This document shows positions 8,817 through 20,093 of a DNA stretch of 64,000 nt, piece after piece (the stretch's first letter is position 1; each line of letters opens with the position of its first letter). The translations under genes and the position numbers were made by a program. Source of the DNA: Candidatus Kaiserbacteria bacterium RIFOXYB1_FULL_46_14. GTDB taxonomy: Bacteria; Patescibacteriota; Minisyncoccia; Phycocordibacterales; UBA918. The stretch covers positions 28,741-92,740 of the forward strand of contig MFMS01000004.1 of NCBI GenBank assembly GCA_001783525.1, in the 5' to 3' direction. Below the pieces are notes generated by a model. It was not told where the DNA came from. It worked only from the letters and a program-made list of their open reading frames with translations, and did not search any database.

Positions 8817-9409
8817 CATTCACGCTTCAACCTAACATACGCCCAAGTAGCTAGTACCGCTCCTGCCAAGTTGAAGCACATGTCGAGCATTGTGTTGTAG
8901 TATCCGCCTACCCCGTTTTTCACGGTCAAAGAAATAAAAAATTCCATAATCTCGTTAAGGCCACTTATACCAAGTGATGCCATAACTGCGAACAGGAACA
9001 CTAATGCGCTTTGTCCACGCGGCAAAAGTTTAGAGCGTATCAAATGATAAGCCATCACTGCTACCACTCCGTACAAGTAAGCGTGTACGACTTGATCGTA
9101 TTTAAGAATGTAGAATTCGCCACCTAAATCCAAAAATGGATAGATCCGATAAGCGAACAAGACTCCGTCTGGCGTCGGTACGGAACCTCCCAAAACGTGT
9201 GCCAAACCCCAAAATGACAACAGCCATAATAACCACAAAGGAAAGCGAGCGCGCTTATGTATCCACAGTACGGCACTAAAAATACCGATCAACACGAGCA
9301 CATAGGCAATGAACTCAAAGTTAAGATGCCGAATGAAGTAGATTGCACCCAGAGACAAATACAGCCCTGAGAATAGAATCAGAGCTGTAAATGATGATCG
9401 TCTCGTCAT
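8816..9409 (-). CDS. DUF2238/YjdF-like membrane protein
   Basis: Multi-TM with YDQVVH, EIMEF and NTMLD motifs. Confidence 0.75.
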   Translation of the reverse strand: MTRRSSFTALILFSGLYLSLGAIYFIRHLNFEFIAYVLVLIGIFSAVLWIHKRARFPLWLLWLLSFWGLAHVLGGSVPTPDGVLFAYRIYPFLDLGGEFYILKYDQVVHAYLYGVVAVMAYHLIRSKLLPRGQSALVFLFAVMASLGISGLNEIMEFFISLTVKNGVGGYYNTMLDMCFNLAGAVLATWAYVRLKRE

Positions 9410-9416
9410 ATAAGTT

Positions 9417-10190
9417 TTACTGAATAGAGACAGATTCAACCATCTCGATCCGCTTCACCTTAACACCAGTTTCGGTCATTTCACCCATCACGCGAGCTGG
9501 AGATGTTTCCTTCAAGACCTCTTCATTACAAGCACCAGTGGAGCCATCTTGGCGTGTACAAGCGCTTCCTTCATCAATATAGAGAGGCACCGCGTGGCCC
9601 AAAACTCCCTCTTCCTCAAAGACTAGGTGCCAATACTTAGAGTCGAGTGGAGCTGGTACCTGCTTTAGAAGAAAGCCGGTTTTATCAAAGGAGAATTCTC
9701 CTTGTGGAGCCTGCTCAGCATTACCACAAGTGATGTCGATGATTCTCCATAGATTATTTTTGGCAGCGAGTTTGACTATCGCCTGTCCAGTTTGTCCATC
9801 AGTAGTGGACATCACCAACATCTGTGCCTCTTCATCTTTTTGGAAAATAGGCAAAGTTCGCAACCCTTCAGGTACTCCAACTTGGCACAATACTGGATCT
9901 TGCTGATCACCGCCGAGTTTGCCATTCGATTCCTGCAAACGTGTCCTTAGGTCAGGAGCAACTTGTTCGAAAGCGAGTAAGTTTTGTGTAAAAGGTTCAT
10001 TGTCTCCCGTCTGGCGGGCTCCAAGCCAAGCATCATAAAAATCAAGCGTAATATCAATCGGCTTTCCTTCTACTCCTGTCCAGCGTTCCTCAAATAAACC
10101 TTTTCCGCCCAATACTTGCCATAAAATGGCCCCGATAATAATCGCAATACCGACAACTAAAATAATCGGCAAATATTTGTTTCTATTCAT
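9417..10190 (-). CDS. Hypothetical membrane-anchored extracytoplasmic protein
   Basis: N-terminal TM, DPVLCQ motif, Cys pairs. Confidence 0.8.
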   Translation of the reverse strand: MNRNKYLPIILVVGIAIIIGAILWQVLGGKGLFEERWTGVEGKPIDITLDFYDAWLGARQTGDNEPFTQNLLAFEQVAPDLRTRLQESNGKLGGDQQDPVLCQVGVPEGLRTLPIFQKDEEAQMLVMSTTDGQTGQAIVKLAAKNNLWRIIDITCGNAEQAPQGEFSFDKTGFLLKQVPAPLDSKYWHLVFEEEGVLGHAVPLYIDEGSACTRQDGSTGACNEEVLKETSPARVMGEMTETGVKVKRIEMVESVSIQ

Positions 10191-10307
10191 ACCCGACAAT
10201 AATACCATAACCAAATAACCCACTAGTGACCACTATTCTAATGAATATGTTTGCAATCTTTAGAAAAATAACCTAAAGTTCCGCACAGAAAGACAGAGGA
10301 GGTCCGA

Positions 10308-10907
10308 ATGAACATCTGGAAAAGGCTACATTTTAAAACTAACGACGTGCATTTCTGGTTAAAATACTGGACAGCAACCCGAAATGTCGAAAAAATCAGA
10401 ACCTTGACTGGGTCTCTGTTTGAGTCAGTCACGAAAGATGGTGGCGGCCTAAGTGGCATTAGATGGATGCTGTTTGATACTCCTGGTTACAACCATGAAA
10501 CAAGTCCGCTGTGCTGGGAAGCACCAGTTGCCATACTTCTTTATTACAGAAATAAACCAATATTTGGAATTGGTCTGGAAATTTACAAGAAGAAAATTCA
10601 CATCCGCCAACTCCAAGGAATATCGGGTGTAAAGTTTCCTAAAAAAATAAAGGGTCTTCCGGCTGTATGCGTCGGTGCGATAGTGGACTTCGCTAAACAG
10701 CAAAACTTCTCCGAAGTTCGACTGTACAGAGCACATTGCGACATGTTCTATCAAGAGCCCCATTTACCAAATCTTCCTGAAGGAAAAACTCGAGACGAAG
10801 TGGTAAATGAAATAAGGCAACGGATGCGCCGCAGATATGACGGCACAGCGAGACAATTGGGTTTCGTGATGAAAAAAGACTATGGCGAGATCGTACTCTC
10901 CCACTAA
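10308..10907 (+). CDS. Hypothetical protein, possibly VirK/YbjX (DUF535)-like
   Basis: GAGGAGG SD; IHIRQLQG and RRYDGTARQLGF resemble that family (weak). Confidence 0.65.
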   Translation: MNIWKRLHFKTNDVHFWLKYWTATRNVEKIRTLTGSLFESVTKDGGGLSGIRWMLFDTPGYNHETSPLCWEAPVAILLYYRNKPIFGIGLEIYKKKIHIRQLQGISGVKFPKKIKGLPAVCVGAIVDFAKQQNFSEVRLYRAHCDMFYQEPHLPNLPEGKTRDEVVNEIRQRMRRRYDGTARQLGFVMKKDYGEIVLSH

Positions 10908-10935
10908 ACGACTTCAAAATTTAGAAGTCGTTTTC

Positions 10936-11125
10936 TTTTGCGCGAGAGACGGGACTTGGTCACGAATATTTTCCTGACGGAAAATTTTTCGACCCCGCCT
11001 CGCTTGCCTCCGGCACCGCTCCGGCTTTCAAGTCCCGACGCAAGCAAAGCAGTTTACTTGCTTCTCTCGCGCAAAATAAAAGCCCCCTTGCGGGGACCTT
11101 CATTTTGCGCGAGAGACGGGACTTG
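10936..11125 (-). mobile_element. 167-bp non-coding element at the tRNA-Asp 3' end with 23-bp direct repeat and internal split antisense copy
   Basis: TTTTGCGCGAGAGACGGGACTTG at 10936-10958 and 11103-11125; inverted copy 11027-11077. Confidence 0.7.
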
Positions 11126-11181
11126 AACCCGCAACCTCTGCCGTGACAGGGCAGCGCTCTAACCAGTTGAGCTACTCCCGC
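11108..11181 (-). tRNA. tRNA-Asp(GUC)
   Basis: CTGCC-CTGTCAC-GGCAG anticodon arm, GGTTCAAGTCC. Confidence 0.95.
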
Positions 11182-11229
11182 AAAATTGCAACTGCCCGAT
11201 TTTAGCAGAAAATACTAAAAATGCACGTG

Positions 11230-11303
11230 TGCCGGGGGAGAGACTTGAACTCTCGACCTTAGCGTTATGAATGCTACGCTCTCACCAACTGAGCTACCCC
11301 GAC
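11230..11303 (-). tRNA. tRNA-Met(CAU), probably elongator
   Basis: Paired G1-C72, loop TTCATAA; the presence of tRNA-Ile(UAU) argues against Ile2. Confidence 0.88.
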
Positions 11304-11381
11304 AGGTGACCATGAGAATAGCATTTAAAGCCATACGATTCAATATAAAAAGCTGGCTCTTTACAGCCAGACTTTTTATTT

Positions 11382-11579
11382 TTTGTTGCGGGGCCCGGAC
11401 GCTTCGCTATCGAACTACTCGGAAACCCCTCGGTTTTCCGACGTTCGTAAACTCACTGCCTTCCGCCACGGGGAAACTAAGTTTCCCCGACCCCCTTCTA
11501 CGGTTCGATTCCACCCACCAAAATAAGAAAGAACGACACCGTGAGGTGTCGTTCTTTCTTATTTGTTGCGGGGCCCGGA
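11382..11579 (-). mobile_element. 180-bp non-coding element at the tRNA-fMet 3' end with 18-bp direct repeat
   Basis: TTTGTTGCGGGGCCCGGA at 11382-11399 and 11562-11579; multiple internal hairpins. Confidence 0.65.
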
Positions 11580-11636
11580 ATCGAACCGGGGTCTGGAGGT
11601 TATGAGCCTCCCGAGGTACCTCTCCTCTACCCCGCT
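11566..11636 (-). tRNA. Initiator tRNA-fMet(CAU)
   Basis: A1xA72 mismatch, A11-U24, GGAGG-CTCATAA-CCTCC. Confidence 0.88.
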
Positions 11637-11687
11637 ATATCACAATCGTGGGATAAATGTTACCACTGACACGGCTGTTTGTCTATA

Positions 11688-12314
11688 TTAGATGGCGTTG
11701 AATTCTTCGAAGACCATCTTATATTGTGCGATTGTTTCTTGGGCTTCTCTTTGTGACAATTCAAACTCGGAACCTTCATGAGCAATACGGTTGCGCACAT
11801 TGTGTGCACGCCATGCTTGATTAACAGTACGGAATGATGTGGGTGACGCATTTTTGAGTTTGTCTCCCACTGTCGCGCCTAACAAACCGATACTCTCAAG
11901 CAATTCCTCAAGTAAAATGTCGGCCTCAATGATGGCCAGTTTCCAGTCATTCATTCGATCGCTCTCAATATGTGAAAGGATGTCGTGCCAGCGGCCATTC
12001 TTTGCGCCCTGTCTGTATAGTTCATCGTAAGTTTCTTCCTGTCTTTTGAGTATAGCGGCAATCACCTCACCTACCTGTTCACCACGAATATAGGCATAGA
12101 TTAGACCAAACAAGAAAAGGGCGGCGAGGAGCCAAGAGAGCACCACGATGATACTCCAGATATTGGCGAGCATGCTGATGAAATCGGATATAGACCAACC
12201 AGACGCAATTCCACCATCACTACCGCCACCAAAAAGTCGCTCAAACAAGGAGTTTAAGAATGTGAAAAAATCAACGGAGTACTCGTTGAATGGGATATCG
12301 TTTTCGTCGCGCAC
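11688..12314 (-). CDS. Hypothetical single-pass membrane protein
   Basis: TM helix then WKLAIIEAD...AHNVRNRIAHE. Confidence 0.8.
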   Translation of the reverse strand: MRDENDIPFNEYSVDFFTFLNSLFERLFGGGSDGGIASGWSISDFISMLANIWSIIVVLSWLLAALFLFGLIYAYIRGEQVGEVIAAILKRQEETYDELYRQGAKNGRWHDILSHIESDRMNDWKLAIIEADILLEELLESIGLLGATVGDKLKNASPTSFRTVNQAWRAHNVRNRIAHEGSEFELSQREAQETIAQYKMVFEEFNAI

Positions 12315-12349
12315 AATTAATCAATTCTAATGAAAGCAGATACTTTCAT

Positions 12350-13774
12350 CTAGCCATTATTATAACGCTTGGCGTCGTACACCTTCCGGCCAATATCGAA
12401 CAAGCGTGCTTCCCCGCCATGTGGTGCAATGTACTGAACACCGGTTGGTAAAGAAACCCCGTCACGTTCCACTTCACCCATCGGAATAGAAAGAGCCGGA
12501 ACACCAGTGAGGTTGACTGGCACAGTGAAGATGTCTTGTCGATACATCGAGAGTGGGTCCGACTTCTCACCTAGCTTGAAGGCTGGTGTAGGCGCTGTTG
12601 GTGTCACTACCAGATCAACCTGCGCAAAAGCAGCGTTGAGTTCGTCGCGCATTTTTCCTCGTAGTGCCTCAGCCTTGCCGTAGTAGGCATCGAAGTAACC
12701 AGAGGACAGTACATAGGTGCCGAGCAATATACGACGCTTGGCTTCAGCGCCAAAACCATCAGCTCGCGAGTTGAGATAAGTTTCCAAAAGATCTTTGCCT
12801 TCTTTGCGTACTCCGTAACGAATACCGTCGAAGCGCGCTAGGTTGGACGATACTTCAGCCGGCATCACTATGTAGTAAGCGGCCAGACCAGCTTCAAAAA
12901 GTGGTAGTTCAATATCGACAATGCGATGTCCTGCCGCTCGTAATTCATCAAGATGAGATTCGAAGCGCTCCATCACATCGGCGTCGACACCTTGGCCAAG
13001 AAAGGCGCGCGGCACGCCGAAGGTATAGGTGTCTTTGGTTGGTGCGACACCATATGTCTCTCCGCTGATGGTGGTCATATCGTGAGGATCGCGACCAGCG
13101 ATCACATTAAAGAGTGTTTCAGCGTCTTCGACTGAATTGGTCAGGGTGCCGGCCTGATCAAGACTGGAACCCATTGCCATCAAGCCATAGCGTGACACCG
13201 CACCGTAAGTAGGTTTGAGTCCAACCAACCCACAGTAACTTGCTGGTTGACGAATAGACCCTCCCGTATCGGTACCGAGTGCCGCAGGAACCGAACTCAT
13301 AGCCACTGCCGCCGCCGAACCACCAGACGATCCGCCAGGTACCCGACTCTGATCAATCGGATTGCGAGTCGGGCCATAGGCAGAGTTTTCGGTGGAGGAA
13401 CCCATTGCGAACTCATCCATGTTGGTACTACCGATAAATATAGCGCCGGCATCACGGAGACGCTTTATCACGGTCGCGTCATAGCTAGCGATGTAGTTAT
13501 CCAATATTTTGGAAGCTCCAGTAGCTCGCTTTCCAGCAATTAAAATATTGTTCTTAATTGCCAAAGGCACGCCACAAAGTGGCGGGGTGTTTCCACCTTC
13601 TTTCTGATAGCGAGCGGTCGCTTCTTTTGCCATCTCTTCCGCATCATCATAGACATCGAGATAGGCATGAATGTCACCGTCTTTTTCAGAGATCACGGCC
13701 TTTGCTTCCGCTACTGCCTCCATAGGAGTGTACTCACCGGAAATAAATTTTTTGCGTAATTCGGAAATGGTCAT
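12350..13774 (-). CDS. gatA: Asp/Glu-tRNA amidotransferase subunit A
   Basis: NMDEFAMGSSTE, GGSSGGS, TDTGGSIRQPA, SNLARFDG. Confidence 0.97.
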   Translation of the reverse strand: MTISELRKKFISGEYTPMEAVAEAKAVISEKDGDIHAYLDVYDDAEEMAKEATARYQKEGGNTPPLCGVPLAIKNNILIAGKRATGASKILDNYIASYDATVIKRLRDAGAIFIGSTNMDEFAMGSSTENSAYGPTRNPIDQSRVPGGSSGGSAAAVAMSSVPAALGTDTGGSIRQPASYCGLVGLKPTYGAVSRYGLMAMGSSLDQAGTLTNSVEDAETLFNVIAGRDPHDMTTISGETYGVAPTKDTYTFGVPRAFLGQGVDADVMERFESHLDELRAAGHRIVDIELPLFEAGLAAYYIVMPAEVSSNLARFDGIRYGVRKEGKDLLETYLNSRADGFGAEAKRRILLGTYVLSSGYFDAYYGKAEALRGKMRDELNAAFAQVDLVVTPTAPTPAFKLGEKSDPLSMYRQDIFTVPVNLTGVPALSIPMGEVERDGVSLPTGVQYIAPHGGEARLFDIGRKVYDAKRYNNG

Positions 13775-14064
13775 GAATCAGGATTAAGGATCTTCTTAAC
13801 TTTAAGGTAGTCCCCTTCTCGTTCTGGAAAAGCGGCTTGGAGTACGTCGGAATAAGAGTCTGGTTCGTTAACTACCTTATCTTCACGAAAGACATTATGA
13901 ACAAGGCCAACCTTTTTTTCCAAGTGTCCATCCGGAACCAACTTGTTGACCTCACTGACATATTCCAAAATAGCGTCAATTTCACCTTTCAGTTTTAGAG
14001 CCTCGGCGTCAGAGAGCCGGATGCGTGAAAGTGTTCCAAGGTGAAGTATCTCTTCTTTAGTCAT
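13771..14064 (-). CDS. gatC: Asp/Glu-tRNA amidotransferase subunit C
   Basis: LSRIRL, NVFRED, YLKVKKIL; overlaps the gatA start. Confidence 0.92.
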   Translation of the reverse strand: MTKEEILHLGTLSRIRLSDAEALKLKGEIDAILEYVSEVNKLVPDGHLEKKVGLVHNVFREDKVVNEPDSYSDVLQAAFPEREGDYLKVKKILNPDS

Positions 14065-14080
14065 TTTGGTGCATCATACA

Positions 14081-16156
<2,076 letters not shown>

Positions 16157-16165
16157 TTAAAAAAT

Positions 16166-16292
16166 TAAAACTCACCAAATCGAGTCAACTTCGAGGCGCA
16201 CGAGGAAAATGGCACAAGCCGTATATGGACATACTGTGAGTGACATTTTATCGAAGTGCAACAAAGAAATTGGCCGATTTGGTGAGTTTTTA
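16166..16292. repeat. 127-bp fold-back (ERIC/MITE-like) element, copy 1
   Basis: TAAAACTCACCAAATCG...CGATTTGGTGAGTTTTTA; overlaps the TAA of the upstream pilin gene. Confidence 0.8.
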
Positions 16293-16871
16293 GTATTCGA
16301 TGGTGATCTCGCGTTGGATAGTAAGTATAGAATCCAACTGATCGCAAGGTCGGTTATAACCTCTTGAGAAGATTGCTGTACAAAAAGTACCGGCCGTACA
16401 ATTTATGCTGGATAGACCCTCACCACTAATACTCCGATCAAAATCTGCAGTAGCCGTACGGACATCAGCAATATACATGCTGGTCTCTATACATTGTCCA
16501 AGGTTAGTAGTGTACGTATATTTGTAATTGTAAAAAAATTGATTGTTCTGACTGTACAAAGTAGAAGCCTGCACGCCTGGTGGAGAATCTGGTGTTTCTC
16601 CGGCGCAATTAAGCGAAGGCGGCCAATTTCCACCTTCTCGCAAGAGTGTTACTAAAGTGGCTGGTTGAGCGCGGTGCCAGCGCATACACTCAAGACCCAC
16701 ATTGGCTGCCTGAAAGGCTTTTTCCGATTCACTGGCAGTTACAGCCAGTACGTATTGTTTGGTGGTAACAAACAAGAGCGATAGACCAATCGCCAACACA
16801 ACACTCACCACCACCAACGTGATAAGTAATGCAAATCCGTCTTCACCCCTTTTGTTACATCGGTGGTTCAT
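16290..16871 (-). CDS. PilX-like minor pilin
   Basis: G/FALLITLVVV leader without Glu5; AFQAANVGLEC. Confidence 0.85.
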   Translation of the reverse strand: MNHRCNKRGEDGFALLITLVVVSVVLAIGLSLLFVTTKQYVLAVTASESEKAFQAANVGLECMRWHRAQPATLVTLLREGGNWPPSLNCAGETPDSPPGVQASTLYSQNNQFFYNYKYTYTTNLGQCIETSMYIADVRTATADFDRSISGEGLSSINCTAGTFCTAIFSRGYNRPCDQLDSILTIQREITIEY

Positions 16872-17451
16872 AGTAGATATTGTACACATATGTTTCTAGG
16901 CTAACCTGCTGTTCAGGCTTAGTGCCCCAACTAACGGTAGATTTGATAATCGCCTTATCGTTATCAACGCTAATCACCAGCTTGCGCTCATAAATCGTCT
17001 CCACTCCAGTCAAAACCCCCTGTCGGTATGGCACAGCAGCAGTTGTGTCATAGCGCATTTTGCAGTTGCTACTGTTGCAATTATAAAAACTGGCCGTGTT
17101 AATAACTCCATTAGTACCGATCTGAACACCACAAGGATTGGCCACCGTACAACGATTTGCCAAAGTTGATACGTAGCCCCAGACGAGGCTGAGGTTATTG
17201 AGCGAGCTAGGAAAGGCACTGAGAGCACTATCTTCACGCAACTTAAACAATGTCTCGATTCCTTCCTGTGCTAAGAATACAGACATTGTTTGCTCACGCG
17301 AATTGAGAGCGCGTTTCAAACCCACCTGTGCAATCGTGAGCGGGCCAACGAGAGCGATCAACAATACCGTAATAGCAACCAACACTTCAACGAGTGAATA
17401 GCCACCTTTTGTATTTGCAGTACCGCGCTGTTTGTGTCGGATTGAATGCAT
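16855..17451 (-). CDS. PilV-like minor pilin
   Basis: G/YSLVEVLVA; LAQEGIE. Confidence 0.88.
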   Translation of the reverse strand: MHSIRHKQRGTANTKGGYSLVEVLVAITVLLIALVGPLTIAQVGLKRALNSREQTMSVFLAQEGIETLFKLREDSALSAFPSSLNNLSLVWGYVSTLANRCTVANPCGVQIGTNGVINTASFYNCNSSNCKMRYDTTAAVPYRQGVLTGVETIYERKLVISVDNDKAIIKSTVSWGTKPEQQVSLETYVYNIYYEPPM

Positions 17452-17453
17452 AA

Positions 17454-18116
17454 CTATATATCAAGTACTCTCTTAGTAACCGTTGTTTGCAAAGTGAAGT
17501 CAGCGTCCGTAGCTGATACTCCGGCGATAGAGCCCGCTATATAGATGGTTACGTTGGGTTGAACAATCGAGCCGTCCTGCGATCTGGTTGCGCTACCGAT
17601 CACTTGAAAATGCATATCGTCGATACTGACGGAGGGATCAGTCAAAGACAACCAGCCACTGCTGCCTATTTTTCGTTCAATGGTACGATCAACACTGTTA
17701 TAACGATAAGCCAACCGGTTGTTATAGGCACCTGATGTCAAACTGTCACCACCTTCAATAATCGATAAATAGATGCCTTGGTCATCACAATCTCTAACTT
17801 GATCAAAACCACCAGTAACATCAGTGGCAGAAGAGCCGGAACAATAGTAAGCCTGACCAGTTCTGATCTCGCGAGCCATACTATCGAGAGCAAACTGAAC
17901 GTTACCAACCGCTGATTGAATATTTTGTGCCTTGGCGTTGGCATTGATGAGCACTAAGAGACTACCTATCCCCATAGTGATAACGACAATAAAAAGCGAC
18001 AGGGACACCAACACTTCAATGAGAGAAAAACCGCGACTAGACTGTGCTGATGCAGAAAATTGCTTCGCAATTTTCTGCCTCTTTAATCTTAAAATTTGTA
18101 AGCTAGAAGGCAACAT
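17454..18116 (-). CDS. PilW-like minor pilin
   Basis: G/FSLIEVLVS; LDSMAREIRTG. Confidence 0.88.
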   Translation of the reverse strand: MLPSSLQILRLKRQKIAKQFSASAQSSRGFSLIEVLVSLSLFIVVITMGIGSLLVLINANAKAQNIQSAVGNVQFALDSMAREIRTGQAYYCSGSSATDVTGGFDQVRDCDDQGIYLSIIEGGDSLTSGAYNNRLAYRYNSVDRTIERKIGSSGWLSLTDPSVSIDDMHFQVIGSATRSQDGSIVQPNVTIYIAGSIAGVSATDADFTLQTTVTKRVLDI

Positions 18117-18117
18117 A

Positions 18118-18657
18118 TTACTCAACTGAAATTTGTCCGGCGGCGTTTACTACCACTGTTCTTACACTATCACTTCCGTTTTTTGGTACCAATCTAACCT
18201 TACCGGTAGCTATCGACCCATCGTTAATCAACGCATCAAAATTGGGGCGTTTAAATACCACAGACATTGTTGTTATTCCACAACTGTCATTGCTGCATAG
18301 TTCAGATAACACGAACCGCGTATCTAGTTTTCTGGTTTCCAATTCTTCGCCATTGTTATAAACATTATTCCCATTAGTATCTACAAACAAAAGGTATCTG
18401 TCAGATTGTGACAGATTAAAATAAATGCCATAACCGTCACGAAACGCCGTACCACTTCTGCCCTGAGCAGACAAAGCGCGCGTCTGGACATCACGCAGAT
18501 CGAGCGCTATCTGAAACGCCTGATTCTTATGCAAAATAAGATTATTGAACGCACCGTACTTAATTACGATAATGCCGGTAATAACGCCAATAATAGCGGC
18601 AGTGATTAATACTTCCAGAATAGAAAATCCTCGTGCCGAAGAGTATCGTTTCTTCAT
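18118..18657 (-). CDS. FimU/FimT-like minor pilin
   Basis: G/FSILEVLIT; C-terminal NAAGQI. Confidence 0.85.
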   Translation of the reverse strand: MKKRYSSARGFSILEVLITAAIIGVITGIIVIKYGAFNNLILHKNQAFQIALDLRDVQTRALSAQGRSGTAFRDGYGIYFNLSQSDRYLLFVDTNGNNVYNNGEELETRKLDTRFVLSELCSNDSCGITTMSVVFKRPNFDALINDGSIATGKVRLVPKNGSDSVRTVVVNAAGQISVE

Positions 18658-19487
18658 AGGATTGTGAGTAGAGTCCTCTCCACCAAGAGTAAGACGTCAA
18701 TGTTTAAGAAATAAACCAAAACAAATGACGCGATCAAAAAAGGCGCGAACGGAACCTCACTTTTCATATTAACACGCCCCCCTATCCTTCCTCCCGTCAT
18801 TCTGCGGATAGCACCGGTGGATAGTAGGATGAGCGCGATTCCTATCACTGCACCGAGCACAAAAGCCAAGACGAGAAATGAAAACAAGCCACCAAAACCA
18901 ACTAACATACCCAAACCAAAAGAAATTTTAGCGTCACCAAAACCAATTGCCCGACCCTGCGATAAATACCAGAGGGCGGTCAACAAAAATGCCGCTATGC
19001 CGCCGGCCGAAATACTGAGAAAAAATTGAAGATAATCGCCAGACGACCAAACTTTCGCACCCACTATTAATAATGCAATAAGCGTGGTAGCGATGGACAA
19101 CTCGTCCGGTATTATCTTGTGATAAAAATCATAGACCAGCACCACCACCAGAGTGGAGAGCAAAGCGCAGTCAAGTATCAAAAACCACCAACTGTAAAAA
19201 TTTAAATAGGCCAGCATAAACGCGCCCGCAGTCAGCAACTCAACCAGGGCGTAGCGATACGGAATAAAGGAATGGCAAGATCGACAACGAGCTCTAAGTA
19301 CTAGATACGATAATACCGGAAACAACTCGTACCAAGAAAGTGTTCGTCCGCATGATAAACAATGTGAGCGATCATTAAGAGAACGCCCTGTATGTAAACG
19401 GTATATTACGACATTAAGAAAACTACCGATAATGAGGCCGAAGACTCCAACGACAGAAAAGAAAAACCATTCAGGAAGCATCGTCAT
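18654..19487 (-). CDS. pilD: Prepilin peptidase
   Basis: GSFLNVVIYRL, two CxxC, GFGDAK, PFAPFL. Confidence 0.95.
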   Translation of the reverse strand: MTMLPEWFFFSVVGVFGLIIGSFLNVVIYRLHTGRSLNDRSHCLSCGRTLSWYELFPVLSYLVLRARCRSCHSFIPYRYALVELLTAGAFMLAYLNFYSWWFLILDCALLSTLVVVLVYDFYHKIIPDELSIATTLIALLIVGAKVWSSGDYLQFFLSISAGGIAAFLLTALWYLSQGRAIGFGDAKISFGLGMLVGFGGLFSFLVLAFVLGAVIGIALILLSTGAIRRMTGGRIGGRVNMKSEVPFAPFLIASFVLVYFLNIDVLLLVERTLLTIL

Positions 19488-19521
19488 AAGTATAAGTAGA
19501 AAAGGCAAAAGATGAAAAGCA

Positions 19522-19556
19522 AAACACCCCGCCGCGTCAGACGCGGCGGGGTGTTT
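19522..19556. terminator. Terminator hairpin after the major pilin
   Basis: AAACACCCCGCCGCGTC-a-GACGCGGCGGGGTGTTT. Confidence 0.75.
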
Positions 19557-19571
19557 GTGGAAAATTATAGA

Positions 19572-20021
19572 TTACGGACAAGCTGTGAACGCGGTGTCAG
19601 AATACGTACCTGTAACAACCTTGGCAGCCCCAGTCGAGTCCACACAGTAATACTGGCCAGTATTGGAGACAAGACGAGCCTTGAATGCCCAAGCAGTTGC
19701 TGAAGAACCACAAGTGACATACCCTGCACCACCCGCGATGTTTATCACCGCAGTCTCCATTGCACCAATACCACCGGTTGCAGTACAGACACTGGTGTAG
19801 GAATTAGGAGTCTGATCGTCATAGAAAAGTTCAGCCTGGGCACGAGCGTTGTTGATTGTTGATTTGATAGAGGCATCTGCACCTTTGGCACGCGCAGTAC
19901 CGAGTGAAGCCATCACTACTGAGGCCAAGATACCGATGATGGCAATTACGACCAAGAGCTCGATCAGTGTGAAGCCCGCCTGACGGTAGGCACGGCCGCG
20001 CTGTAATGAATGTTTGAACAT
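19572..20021 (-). CDS. Type IV major pilin
   Basis: G/FTLIELLVVIAIIGILAS; YCVDSTG; followed by a terminator. Confidence 0.92.
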   Translation of the reverse strand: MFKHSLQRGRAYRQAGFTLIELLVVIAIIGILASVVMASLGTARAKGADASIKSTINNARAQAELFYDDQTPNSYTSVCTATGGIGAMETAVINIAGGAGYVTCGSSATAWAFKARLVSNTGQYYCVDSTGAAKVVTGTYSDTAFTACP

Positions 20022-20093
20022 AGTATTAATGATTATTTTTCTCAATTATAACGACAAAACATACTCTTGCCTTTAAAATGTAGTGGATAAGTT

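Noticed and set aside
10938-11605. ORFs 10938-11126 and 11267-11605
   Set aside because: They overlap tRNAs and palindromic elements on the opposite strand; not protein-like.
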